Shown: positions 1 through 9,696 of the stretch, piece after piece | Layout: every line of letters starts with the position of its first letter | How positions within the stretch are numbered: the first letter of the stretch is position 1 | From: an uncultured cyanobacterium | GTDB taxonomy: Bacteria; Cyanobacteriota; Cyanobacteriia; Cyanobacteriales; CAWCAG01 | Direction of reading: 5' to 3' | DNA length: 64,000 nt | Assembly (NCBI GenBank): GCA_963793425.1 | Contig: CAWCAG010000005.1 | Location: 1,536,001 to 1,600,000 of the forward strand | The notes under the pieces: model-generated | Seen by the model: only the letters and a program-made list of their open reading frames with translations | Told to the model about the DNA's origin: nothing | Databases searched by the model: none | Program-made: the position numbers and the translations under genes

Positions 1-55
1 TGTCGGGAACAGATTGATTTTTTACATCTGAAGTTAGATAGAACTAGGTAAGGTT

Positions 56-1159
56 ATGGGAGTTAGTTTAAGAATTTTCCAGGATATGAGCATTAATATT
101 AGCTATCTATCTATCATGACATGGGCAGTACCGATTGCTTTGATTGTTGTTGGGGCATTAGCTGGCATTATTTTTGAGAAAATAATTCTCAAGAAGATGG
201 TGGCAATTACTCGCAGGACTACTTCAAAAATCGATGACCGATTGTTCCTTTCTTTACGAGGTATCGGTTTAATTTGGTTCTTTTTGGCTGGTCTTTATGG
301 TGCAGTTTTGTTTAGTAAGCTGAACGCGGATAGTGCGGCTTTTCTTGAAAAAATACTTTTAGTCGTTATTACTTATTCTTTCGCTTTATTTGCTTCTAGA
401 GTGATTGTTGTTGTCATTAGTTTGTTGTTGAAGAAGTTTCCTAGTATACCTACTTCTCTAACTTCTAATTTAGTGAGAATTATCATTTTTGGTTTCACAA
501 CCTTAGTTGTTTTACAAAATTTAGGTATTGATATTACCACAATAATTACTACTCTAGGGATTGGTGGTTTAGCAGTAGCTTTGGCACTACAAGATACTCT
601 ATCAAATTTATTTGCTGGCTTTTATATCACTTTATCTGGACAAGTAAGGACAGGAGATTATATTAAGCTGGAAACTAGTCAAGAAGGCTATGTAATTGAT
701 ATTAGTTGGCGTAACACTACAGTTAAAGAGTTACCCGATAATCTAGTAATTATCCCCAACTCTAAGTTGGCTTCAGCTATTTTTACTAACTACCATTTAC
801 CTGCCAAAAATATCACCCTAACTTTTTCTTTGGGAGTTAGTTACGAAAGCGACTTAGAGAAAGTGGAAAGAGTAACAATTGAAGTGGCAAATGAAGTGAT
901 GACAGAAGTTTGTCAAATCAAAACTGATTTTGAGCCGTTTATTTTATACGAAACATTTAATGATTTTAGTATTGATTTCACGGTATTTTTGCGAGTTAAT
1001 GAATTTTTAGAAAAACGCACAGTTAGGCATGAATTTATTAAAAGATTGCACCGTCGCTATAACGAAGAAGGAATAAACATTCCTTTTCCCATCCGCGATG
1101 TGAATTTTACTCCCCACAACGGTAAAGGGGTTAAGGAAGTCATAAGTAATAATTTGTAA
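56..1159 (+). CDS. mscS: Small-conductance mechanosensitive channel (MscS family)
   Basis: N-terminal TM helices; TM3 motif LGIGGLAVALALQDTLSNLFAG; GDYI, IIPNS and C-terminal GINIPFP motifs. True start may be a downstream ATG. Confidence 0.9.
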   Translation: MGVSLRIFQDMSINISYLSIMTWAVPIALIVVGALAGIIFEKIILKKMVAITRRTTSKIDDRLFLSLRGIGLIWFFLAGLYGAVLFSKLNADSAAFLEKILLVVITYSFALFASRVIVVVISLLLKKFPSIPTSLTSNLVRIIIFGFTTLVVLQNLGIDITTIITTLGIGGLAVALALQDTLSNLFAGFYITLSGQVRTGDYIKLETSQEGYVIDISWRNTTVKELPDNLVIIPNSKLASAIFTNYHLPAKNITLTFSLGVSYESDLEKVERVTIEVANEVMTEVCQIKTDFEPFILYETFNDFSIDFTVFLRVNEFLEKRTVRHEFIKRLHRRYNEEGINIPFPIRDVNFTPHNGKGVKEVISNNL

Positions 1160-1181
1160 AGTCTTTTCGTTCCCTTGTTGC

Positions 1182-1218
1182 AAAAAAAATAAGCGGACAA
1201 GATTTAATCTTATCCGCT
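1182..1218. terminator. Intrinsic terminator hairpin, better formed on the minus strand
   Basis: AGCGGACAAGAT-TTA-ATCTTATCCGCT preceded by an A8 run. The C/A mismatch on plus becomes U.G on minus. Confidence 0.6.
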
Positions 1219-1591
1219 CAAATTTCTCTTTTTCATAAAGTGAATCATGCTTAGCAATCTAGTACTAGTTAATTTCGCTAGTGGATGTTCTAGGAAAAAC
1301 TTGTGTGATTGCCGCAGCAGTATTTTGAATTATTGCTAATTCAGACCTGATTTTACTTAACAAGACAAGAGAGTGAGGATGTAATCACTAATTTAGCCAA
1401 GTAGTGAGGTAAATACTTGGTCAAATTACTCGGATGAACCAACATTAACACTGAGAAAACTAGACTTTGTACAATTTGCTACCATTCTCTACATATAAAC
1501 GTTGATTGTCAGAGCATTTTTATATTACAAAAAAAGTAAAAAAACTGAGTTATCATCTATCAAGTGTGTTTAAGTGTGAGGAAAGTCAACC

Positions 1592-3253
1592 GTGTACAAA
1601 CTACTATGGCAATCGCTTTTAGTTAGTCCGGCCCTGTTTGGATTAGCATTGGCAGCTAACGCTGCGGAAAACTCTGTCAGCAGTGAATATAACCAACAAG
1701 AAATTACGGATACTGAAGTATCTCCGGAACTAAATTTTGCAGCATCCGAAGAAACTTCCATTGCTCAGTCTGATACCAGTGAAATGATTGAGCAAATCAA
1801 TGAATACAGTGGCGATCGCAATGCCCTTGATCAAGTAACCAGCGTTAATCAGCTTTCTGATATCGATCCATTTTGGTTCAGCGCTGTACAAAAAATGGTT
1901 GACAAATACGGCTGTATTGTTGGCTATCCCGACGGAACTTTCAAAGGACAAAGAAATATTACCCGCTACGAATTTGCAGCAGCAGTTAGCCGTTGTATGG
2001 AGTGGGTTGAAGAAAACATTGGTAGTGTAGATGGTACTGATTTAGCTACTCTACGCCGCTTAGTAGAAGAGTTTGAAACTGAACTTGCTGTATTAGGAGC
2101 CAGGGTTGATGACTTAGAAGGGCGTGTTGCTTTTGTTGAGGATAATCAATTCTCCACCACAACCAAGTTGTCTGGTGAAGTTATTATGCAAGTATCCGAT
2201 GAATTTGGCGGCACTGCGGATAACAACACTGTTTTTCAAGATAGGGTTCGTTTAACCCTCAATACTAGCTTCACTGGGCAAGATACCCTAGTTACCCGTT
2301 TAGCGGCTGGAAACGGTTCTGCTTATGGTGTTGATGGCAGCAGTGAAGGAACTTTAAGCGTTGCTACTTTTGTTCCTGGTGGCGGTGGTAACAATGTCCA
2401 AATGGACTGGTTAGCTTATTACTTCCCCTTCGGACAGTCTCAAGTGTACATCGCTGGTTTTAATGGTATTCATAGCGATTATGTTAATACCATTAACCCC
2501 TACTTTGAAGACTATGACGGTGGTAATGGCGCTTTGACAGCCTTCGCTTCAGAAAGCCCCATTTATCGCATCGGTTTTGGCTCCGGTGCAGGTGTTAACT
2601 TTGGAGTTGGCCCCGCCACCCTAACCTTGGGTTACTTAGCTGCGGAGGGAGAAAGCCCTGGTTTAGGTCAAGGTTTGTTTAATGGTGACTATGCAGGCTT
2701 GGCACAGCTAGATTTTAACCTGGGCGACAAACTAGGTATTGGTGTCACCTACGTCAACAGCTACAATGCTTCGGGTGGAATATTTTCTGGTGTAACAGGT
2801 TCCTTCGGTGCTAATAACCCTGCTGGTTCACTGGTAGGCACTACTTTCTCTTCATCTCCTGCGGTTGTTAACGCCTATGGTGTAGAAGCTGCTTTCCAAC
2901 TCGCTGACACAATTTCTATCAGTGGTTATGGTATGTACGCTGATGTCATTGATGTCCTCAACGCTGCTGGAGACAACGAAGTTTGGAGTTATGGTGGCGG
3001 TATTGCCTTTGCTGATCTTGGTAAAGAAGGAAATCTTTTAGGCATCTTTGCTGGGGCGCAACCTTATGCCGGAAGCCTTAATGCTACTGTAACCAGTAAT
3101 GATATTCCTCTCCATGTGGAAGGTTTCTACAAGTACCAGGTAAATGACAACATTTCCATTACTCCTGGTGTAGTTTGGGTGACAAACCCCAACCAAAGTG
3201 AAGCTAATTCCGATCTCTTCATCGGTACTCTTAGAACCACCTTTACTTTCTAA
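1592..3253 (+). CDS. Outer-membrane porin, SomA/SomB (SLH + OprB, iron-uptake porin) family
   Basis: Signal peptide; SLH motif KYGCIVGYPDGTFKG..ITRYEFAA; coiled coil; QFSTTTKLSGE; C-terminal GTLRTTFTF. GTG start with GAGGA Shine-Dalgarno. Confidence 0.93.
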   Translation: MYKLLWQSLLVSPALFGLALAANAAENSVSSEYNQQEITDTEVSPELNFAASEETSIAQSDTSEMIEQINEYSGDRNALDQVTSVNQLSDIDPFWFSAVQKMVDKYGCIVGYPDGTFKGQRNITRYEFAAAVSRCMEWVEENIGSVDGTDLATLRRLVEEFETELAVLGARVDDLEGRVAFVEDNQFSTTTKLSGEVIMQVSDEFGGTADNNTVFQDRVRLTLNTSFTGQDTLVTRLAAGNGSAYGVDGSSEGTLSVATFVPGGGGNNVQMDWLAYYFPFGQSQVYIAGFNGIHSDYVNTINPYFEDYDGGNGALTAFASESPIYRIGFGSGAGVNFGVGPATLTLGYLAAEGESPGLGQGLFNGDYAGLAQLDFNLGDKLGIGVTYVNSYNASGGIFSGVTGSFGANNPAGSLVGTTFSSSPAVVNAYGVEAAFQLADTISISGYGMYADVIDVLNAAGDNEVWSYGGGIAFADLGKEGNLLGIFAGAQPYAGSLNATVTSNDIPLHVEGFYKYQVNDNISITPGVVWVTNPNQSEANSDLFIGTLRTTFTF

Positions 3254-3286
3254 AAGAGTTGGTTTAGATAATTAGATTTTGCTCGC

Positions 3287-3315
3287 AAAAGCCCTGTGTA
3301 TGCAGGGCTTTTTTT
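3287..3315. terminator. Bidirectional intrinsic terminator between the convergent porin and HDAC genes
   Basis: AAAAGCCCTGT-GTAT-GCAGGGCTTTTTTT. Confidence 0.88.
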
Positions 3316-3327
3316 GTCTGCTAGCCA

Positions 3328-4242
3328 CTAAAGTTTATACTGCTGGAATACTTCAGTCGCTGCCTTATGTAACAAAGAATGGCGATAAATCAATCCGGAC
3401 ATATTCTGGGAATAACCACCACCTATCACACAAGCAACAGGATATCCTGCACTGATACAAGTAGTTAAAACTTGCATTTCTCGCCGATAAATTCCCATAT
3501 CTGTGAGGGCTAACTTCCCCAATCTATCTTCTACATGAGTATCTACCCCGGCATCATAAATAATTAAATCTGGTTGCACTTTTGCCAATAACTCAGGTAA
3601 ATGTTGAGCCAAAATTTGTAAGTAACTCTCATCATCTAAACCCATAGGCAAAGGTATATCTAAATCGCTGCTTTGTTTATGATGAGGAAAGTTAGCTTCG
3701 CAGTGCATCGAAAAAGTAAATACCCTGGGGTCGTCCTGAAAAATATAAGCAGTACCGTCTCCTTGGTGTACATCTAAATCGACAATTAAAACTTTATTTA
3801 CTAATCCCAATTTCTGTAAAACTCGCGCGGCGATCGCTAAATCATTAAAAATACAAAACCCTGAACCATAGCTAGGAAAAGCATGGTGTGTCCCACCAAC
3901 TGTATTACAAGCTAAACCTCTTTTTAAAGCTAGCTGTGCGGTTAATATTGTCCCCCCAACTGCTGTACAAGTACGATTTGCTAATTCCAGACTCCAAGGT
4001 AGCCCGATGCGCCTCTGGGCTTTGGGTTCTAAATTTCCTGAACAGTAAGCTGCAACGTAATCAGGAGTATGTACTAATTTTAGCCATTCCTGAGATGCCG
4101 GTTCGGGAGTTTCTATTTGCGATCGCTTAACAATCTTTTTCGCCAGTAGGTATTGATATAAGCCCCCAAACTTCGGCATCGGAAAGCGATGTCCTTCTGG
4201 TAAAGGGGCAACATAATGGGGATGATGTATAACAGGCAGCAT
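3328..4242 (-). CDS. Histone deacetylase-family (AcuC/AphA-like) Zn-dependent deacetylase
   Basis: HRFPMPKF, GGTHHA, GSGFC, DLDVHQGDG, DAGVD and GGGY motifs. Confidence 0.92.
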   Translation of the reverse strand: MLPVIHHPHYVAPLPEGHRFPMPKFGGLYQYLLAKKIVKRSQIETPEPASQEWLKLVHTPDYVAAYCSGNLEPKAQRRIGLPWSLELANRTCTAVGGTILTAQLALKRGLACNTVGGTHHAFPSYGSGFCIFNDLAIAARVLQKLGLVNKVLIVDLDVHQGDGTAYIFQDDPRVFTFSMHCEANFPHHKQSSDLDIPLPMGLDDESYLQILAQHLPELLAKVQPDLIIYDAGVDTHVEDRLGKLALTDMGIYRREMQVLTTCISAGYPVACVIGGGYSQNMSGLIYRHSLLHKAATEVFQQYKL

Positions 4243-4294
4243 TTATTCAGTTATAGATAAGCAAATGATGCCTACAATTAGTGGCAAACCGTTC

Positions 4295-4867
4295 TTAATC
4301 AGGAAGAGCAAATCCTGTACGAGGATCGCGGATATATAAACCTAGTACCAAAGAGTTCATCACTGTATCCCAAACAGGGATTAACTTTTCTGCTTCATCA
4401 GCCCAATAATCAAAAGTAATCAAGCATTGAACTCCTGAACCCAAACCAATGCAGATACGAGAGTAGGCTTCTCGATCTTCTTGAGGATCAATAAACTTAA
4501 TTTGAGTCCAGACAACGCGGGCGGTTTGACGCTTTAGCTGAACAATGTCTCCTCGTTCAATAACATCGCGGCTTTCATCCTTAATCACCTTTTTCAAAAG
4601 GGGAACTAGAGGAAATTCCTTCCAGTTACCGGGGGGCAAAAGGTTGAAAGAAGCTTCTAAGCGACAATTATCATCAGGGGGTTTACCATCTAAGAAGCGA
4701 AATGATTTTTCATCTGGTTCAAAATGCCAATCATGGGGAACATCAAAGCGTAACGCCCCTCTTCCTGCGACAAAAATCCGATTTCCTGGTTGCGATTGCC
4801 AGCGATGGTTTTCTTCTAGCTCCAGAGTTTCTTTGATCCACCGACTTTTTTTCTTACGTTTAGACAC
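4295..4867 (-). CDS. Conserved hypothetical protein
   Basis: 190-aa ATG-started ORF with natural composition and a basic N-terminus, co-oriented 52 bp upstream of the HDAC gene. Confidence 0.75.
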   Translation of the reverse strand: MSKRKKKSRWIKETLELEENHRWQSQPGNRIFVAGRGALRFDVPHDWHFEPDEKSFRFLDGKPPDDNCRLEASFNLLPPGNWKEFPLVPLLKKVIKDESRDVIERGDIVQLKRQTARVVWTQIKFIDPQEDREAYSRICIGLGSGVQCLITFDYWADEAEKLIPVWDTVMNSLVLGLYIRDPRTGFALPD

Positions 4868-4998
4868 GGCTGCCCTAATTTTGACCTACTTTGCTTATTT
4901 TAGAGCTTACTCAGAAAAACAGGAAAGAGAGAAGAGGAAAAGCTATGTACCTCATGTGGCTTAGAATTACTATAAGTGTTCAGCATTAAACTCAATTG

Positions 4999-5175
4999 AT
5001 GAAAAAGCACCACTTCAATATTGATAGAGTTCAAGAGCCGATTATTCAAGCCCCACCTGATATTAAGAAGTTAATCGAGGGAGTTTTAGCTTTAGAAAAA
5101 GAGCGACTCCACCAAAAAGTACCGCGCAATATTAATGAAGATATTCTCAAAATAATTAAAGACGTTGTGCAATGA
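4999..5175 (+). CDS. Small 58-aa helical protein coupled to the CxC ATPase (not in ORF track)
   Basis: Translated by hand: MKKHHFNIDRVQEPIIQAPPDIKKLIEGVLALEKERLHQKVPRNINEDILKIIKDVVQ*. Its TGA overlaps the next ATG (ATGA, 5172-5175). Confidence 0.8.
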   Translation: MKKHHFNIDRVQEPIIQAPPDIKKLIEGVLALEKERLHQKVPRNINEDILKIIKDVVQ

Positions 5176-7235
5176 TCTTAACATCAATTAGGTTGTGTAA
5201 TTTTCGCCAATTTTATGGCAAAACTCCGGAAATGCAACTTTCAGCCGGGGAACATAACACTACTATATTTCACGGCAATAATGGTTCCGGTAAGACCACC
5301 TTGCTCAATGCTTTCACCTGGGCTTTATATGAACAATTTACCGCTGCTTTTGCCTCTCCACAACAGTTAATTAATAAAAGAGCAATTACTGAAGCTGATT
5401 TTGGTCGTTCTGTAGATTGTTGGGTAGAAGTAATGTTTGAGCATGAACATAAACGCTATCAAGTAAAACGCCAATGTTATGCCCACAATACAGGGGAAAA
5501 AATCAACTACAGCGATACAAAATGTTTTATGCAAATTGCTGGGGATGATGGGCGTTGGTATCCGCCTTTAGAACAACCGGAAGATGTTATTGGCAGAATT
5601 TTGCCCGTTAGTTTACATCACTATTTCTTCTTTGATGGTGAACGCATTGATCGCTTTTTTCGTCAGGATGGTAAAAGTAGTGTTGCTGAAGATACTAAGG
5701 AGTTGATTGGGGTTAAGGTCTTAGATCGGGCTATTGAGCATTTAAAAAAAGCTAAACGCAAACTGCAACAAGAACTGCAATCTGTTGGTGATTTAGAAAT
5801 AAAGCAACTTTTACAAGCACAAAGCAAGTTAGAAAACCAAAGCGATCGCCTCGAAACTAGACAAGGAGAAATAGAGACTAAATTAGCTCAGCAAGAAGAG
5901 TTTAAACAAGCTATTAATAAGCAGCTTTTAGAGTTAAGCGGTGCAGTAGAGTTGCAAAATCAGCGAGAGCAATTAGAGGAAAGAGAAAAGTCTCTACGCC
6001 ATACTTTAGTGGAGAAACAAGAAAGTCTGAAAAAAATTATCTCTACTAATGGTTATACGGTTTTCTTAGAGCAGCTATTAAGGCAATCAAGTTCTATTAT
6101 TGGCACAATGCGAGGTAAGGGAGAGTTACCGACAGGAATTAAAAAACAATTTGTTCAGGAATTATTAGAGCAACATCGTTGTATTTGTGGTGGAGAACTT
6201 TTAAAAGGAAGTGAAACTCGTAAAGAAGTAGAAACTTGGCTCGATAAAGCAGGAGTTGCTGATGTCGAAGAAGCGGCCATTCGCTTAGAAACCCAAGCAG
6301 GAGAAATGGAACAGAGAATTCCTCAATTTTGGCAAGAAGTTGATCTCCGGCAAGCTAATATTGAGCAAGCCAGGACAGAATTAGGGCAGATTGATGAGCA
6401 GTTATTTACTATTAGTAAAAAGCTAAGAAATTATCCTGATCATAATATCCAAAAGTTGCAAAAGGATTTAGAAGCAACAGAAAAGCTGATTGAACAATTA
6501 ACTTTAGAAAAAGGAGGTAATCAACAGCTATTAGTTAGCTTCAACCAAGAAAACGCAGCTAAACAAAAGCAAATAGCTAAACAAAAGCTTAAAGAAGAAA
6601 AGCAATTTATTGCTCAACGCCGAATCACTGCTACCCAAGAAGCCATAGACAGAATTATGGAAGTAAAAAGACGCTTAGAAAAGCAATTTCGTCGTTCTTT
6701 AGAACAAAGAGTTCAAGAAATATTCAATTCTATTTCCTTCACTCCTTACATACCCAGATTAAGCCATGACTATGAATTATCCTTAATAGAAAACACTTCC
6801 GGTAAAGCAATTCAAGTGGCCGCTTCTACAGGAGAAAATCAGATTCTGAGTCTTTCTTTTATAAGCGGAGTTATTGATAGAGTTAGGGAATGGAGTTATC
6901 AAAATACTCTCATGGGACCTGATAGTAGTACTTTCCCCATTGTCATGGACTCACCTTTTGGTAGCTTAGATGAAATTTACCGTCGCCAAGTAGCAACCTC
7001 TATTCCTAAACTAGCTAATCAACTCATAGTTTTAGTAACCAAAACTCAATGGCGAGGAGAAGTAGCAGAGGAAATGGAGAACTATATTGGACAAGAATAT
7101 GTCTTAGTTTATAACTCTCCTAAATCAGATTGCCAAGCAGATCAAATAGAAATTGCTGGACAAACTTATCCTCTGATACAACGTAGTAATAATGGCTTTG
7201 AATATACAGAAATTATTCCTGTGCAAAGGAATTAG
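5172..7235 (+). CDS. Rad50/SbcC/DndD-like coiled-coil ABC ATPase with CxC hook
   Basis: Walker A GNNGSGKT; FFFDGE; long coiled coils around a central CICG; signature ASTGE; Walker B VMDSPFGSLD. Confidence 0.88.
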   Translation: MILTSIRLCNFRQFYGKTPEMQLSAGEHNTTIFHGNNGSGKTTLLNAFTWALYEQFTAAFASPQQLINKRAITEADFGRSVDCWVEVMFEHEHKRYQVKRQCYAHNTGEKINYSDTKCFMQIAGDDGRWYPPLEQPEDVIGRILPVSLHHYFFFDGERIDRFFRQDGKSSVAEDTKELIGVKVLDRAIEHLKKAKRKLQQELQSVGDLEIKQLLQAQSKLENQSDRLETRQGEIETKLAQQEEFKQAINKQLLELSGAVELQNQREQLEEREKSLRHTLVEKQESLKKIISTNGYTVFLEQLLRQSSSIIGTMRGKGELPTGIKKQFVQELLEQHRCICGGELLKGSETRKEVETWLDKAGVADVEEAAIRLETQAGEMEQRIPQFWQEVDLRQANIEQARTELGQIDEQLFTISKKLRNYPDHNIQKLQKDLEATEKLIEQLTLEKGGNQQLLVSFNQENAAKQKQIAKQKLKEEKQFIAQRRITATQEAIDRIMEVKRRLEKQFRRSLEQRVQEIFNSISFTPYIPRLSHDYELSLIENTSGKAIQVAASTGENQILSLSFISGVIDRVREWSYQNTLMGPDSSTFPIVMDSPFGSLDEIYRRQVATSIPKLANQLIVLVTKTQWRGEVAEEMENYIGQEYVLVYNSPKSDCQADQIEIAGQTYPLIQRSNNGFEYTEIIPVQRN

Positions 7236-7515
7236 TTACTTCCCTGCGGTCATAATTATTACTTCTTTTACCAGGACGTTCCTTAGCCTTATTAACCCTT
7301 AATTCTCTGTTCATCCATTCTGCACCATCCAATGCTTCTATAGCTTTTGATTCTTCTTCTTCTGAGGCAAAATCTACAAAACCAAAACCGCGCATACGAC
7401 CAGTTTCTCGGTCAGTTGGAATTGCAACTCGCTTGACACTGCCGTAATCAGAAAAGATATATTTAACATCGTCTTCTGTTACGCTGTAGGGTAAGTTACC
7501 GATATAAATTGACAT
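7213..7515 (-). CDS. rbp: RRM RNA-binding protein (Rbp family)
   Basis: RNP2 SIYIGNL, RNP1 RGFGFVDF, and ALDGAEWMNRELRVNKA. Confidence 0.93.
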   Translation of the reverse strand: MSIYIGNLPYSVTEDDVKYIFSDYGSVKRVAIPTDRETGRMRGFGFVDFASEEEESKAIEALDGAEWMNRELRVNKAKERPGKRSNNYDRREVTNSFAQE

Positions 7516-7770
7516 GAATTCTTTACAAGCAATCGAGCGAAAGGGACAAAGATTATTTCTCAGTTAGGAGTCGAAGTATTAACAAAATTACCAATACTTG
7601 TAATTACCTAATCTTCTTGTAAATTAACACAAATAAAAAATCAAGGAAACTACTTAGAAAAAAGTTCGGCCATTATGCTTAATTTTTACGACAAATGTAG
7701 TAAGTAAAAGGCTATCTATTTAACTCAAATTAACTAGATTAATCATTAAATTTGCTTAAGAATAATATCT

Positions 7771-9696
7771 ATGGTGAAAAGTTCAATACTTTTACAATCT
7801 AGTTTTCTCTCTTTAACTTTGACAAGTATTTTTCTCTCTTCAAAGGTAACTGCTTTTCCTGATAGCCAAAACCATTGGGCGGCCGAATGTATCAAAGTGA
7901 TGTCAGAGAGGAACTTAGTTACAGGCTACCCAGATGGCAGTTTCCGCCCCCAAGGAACTATCACTAGAACCGAGTTTGCGGTGTTAATGTTGAATGCTTT
8001 TCCTAATGCCCCCATCAAAAGAAATAAAACTACTTTCCGGGATGTACCGAGTAATTACTGGGGTTTTCAAGCTATTCAAAATGCCTACCAAAGAGCATTT
8101 TTCACTGGCTATCCTGGAGGTATTTTTCAGCCTAACCAACCTATTCCTAGAGTTCAAGCAATTGCTGTTTTAGCTGATGCTATAGATTACCCCAAACCTA
8201 GCAATGCTAATAGTATTTTGAACCAGTACTATCAAGATGCGGCACAAATTCCTAGCTATGCCCATTCTGTCATAGCTGCTGCATCCCTAAACAATCTTGT
8301 AGTTAATTATCCCCAGGTTCATCGACTAAATCCTAATCTTAGGACTACAAGGGGAGAGGTGGCTGCTTTATTATGTCGCGGCTTGCATATAGATACTATT
8401 CCGCCTCAATATATTGCTGGTATTGTTGCCAAACCTCAGCAAGTACGCCCTTTGCCAGGAAAACTAAATAATGTTCCGGTTTTTAATAGTAATAGTCCTG
8501 AATTAGTACGTACAGAAGGTATCCTCCTTTCTACCTTTCCTCCTACAAATAAAAGCTATCCTAATGCCCATCTTAACTATGCCTTTCAAGGACGTTTTGA
8601 TATCTTTTCTCACCACATTGCTAGGGCAGAAACTGCTTCTCAAACCCATCCTTTATATCAAGGTATTCTGCTTCATAACCCAAGCAACCAAGCTATTACT
8701 GTGGAAATTTTGCAAGCAGCAAGTTATTTAAGTAATCCCGATGCACCTTTTGTTTCCTTACCTGATTTAGCAGATAATTCCCAAGGAGATGTTTTTTCTG
8801 GCCCAGGAGGTAGAGTTATGGGAGATATTTTACGAGGGGTTCGTCAAAGAGAATTTCCTGAGCAAATTACTATCCCCCCAACAGAAAGCAGAATCTTATT
8901 AAACCAAGCAATTCCTGTTAACCGCGCTCCGGCTTCTAACGGACGTTCAACTATGATTAGGCTGCGTAGTAATGGTATAATTCATGTTGCTAATTTAGCG
9001 AAAAAAGCTCCTCGTAATAACAACGGAACTTACCGCCCTCCTACCTTAAGTGAATGGGAACAAATGGTCACAACAGCAGATTTGGCTGGGCCAAGAGATA
9101 GTATACCTACTCCCCTCAATCCTCCTAAACATCCTACAGTTTTTGGTCGGGTAGCCGGTGTATCTCAAGGTTCTCAGTGGAAAGGAAGAATCACAGATGA
9201 AAATGCTAGTAATCTTGCTATTCCTACTCCAGGAAACAGAATTTCTTTTGTACTAGGAACTCTCCATTTAATTACTTTAGGAACGGGACAAATTCAAAGC
9301 GCACCAATGCTTGAACGTTATGCCGATACAGCTTATTTTGCTCATAGTAATTATGGAGTAGAATACAACTTAGTTCTACCTTTAAAAAATAATACTAATC
9401 AACAACAAATAATAAATATATCTTTGCAAACTCCTGTTAAAGACGAAGGAGATACAGAAAGATTATTATTCACTAATCCTCAAGATGAAAGAATATTTTT
9501 CCGGGGTACAGTTAAAGTAACTCATCAAAATGAAGCTAGTTATGTTCATTTAGTACAAAGAAGAGGACAGCAAGGAGAACCTTTATTAACTTTAAATCTA
9601 CTTCCTAATGAAACCAAGGAGGTGCAAGTAGATTTTATTTATCCTCCTGATGTTACCCCGCCTCAAGTTTTGACTATTAAAACTTTATCTCATTAA
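7771..9696 (+). CDS. Secreted protein with SLH domains and a DUF3370-like domain
   Basis: Signal peptide; three SLH repeats (GYPDGSFRP..ITRTEFA, GYPGGIFQPNQPIPRVQA, YPQVHRLNPN..TRGEVAA); then VRPLPGKL..VFNSNSPE...YPPDVTPPQVLTI. Confidence 0.82.
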   Translation: MVKSSILLQSSFLSLTLTSIFLSSKVTAFPDSQNHWAAECIKVMSERNLVTGYPDGSFRPQGTITRTEFAVLMLNAFPNAPIKRNKTTFRDVPSNYWGFQAIQNAYQRAFFTGYPGGIFQPNQPIPRVQAIAVLADAIDYPKPSNANSILNQYYQDAAQIPSYAHSVIAAASLNNLVVNYPQVHRLNPNLRTTRGEVAALLCRGLHIDTIPPQYIAGIVAKPQQVRPLPGKLNNVPVFNSNSPELVRTEGILLSTFPPTNKSYPNAHLNYAFQGRFDIFSHHIARAETASQTHPLYQGILLHNPSNQAITVEILQAASYLSNPDAPFVSLPDLADNSQGDVFSGPGGRVMGDILRGVRQREFPEQITIPPTESRILLNQAIPVNRAPASNGRSTMIRLRSNGIIHVANLAKKAPRNNNGTYRPPTLSEWEQMVTTADLAGPRDSIPTPLNPPKHPTVFGRVAGVSQGSQWKGRITDENASNLAIPTPGNRISFVLGTLHLITLGTGQIQSAPMLERYADTAYFAHSNYGVEYNLVLPLKNNTNQQQIINISLQTPVKDEGDTERLLFTNPQDERIFFRGTVKVTHQNEASYVHLVQRRGQQGEPLLTLNLLPNETKEVQVDFIYPPDVTPPQVLTIKTLSH

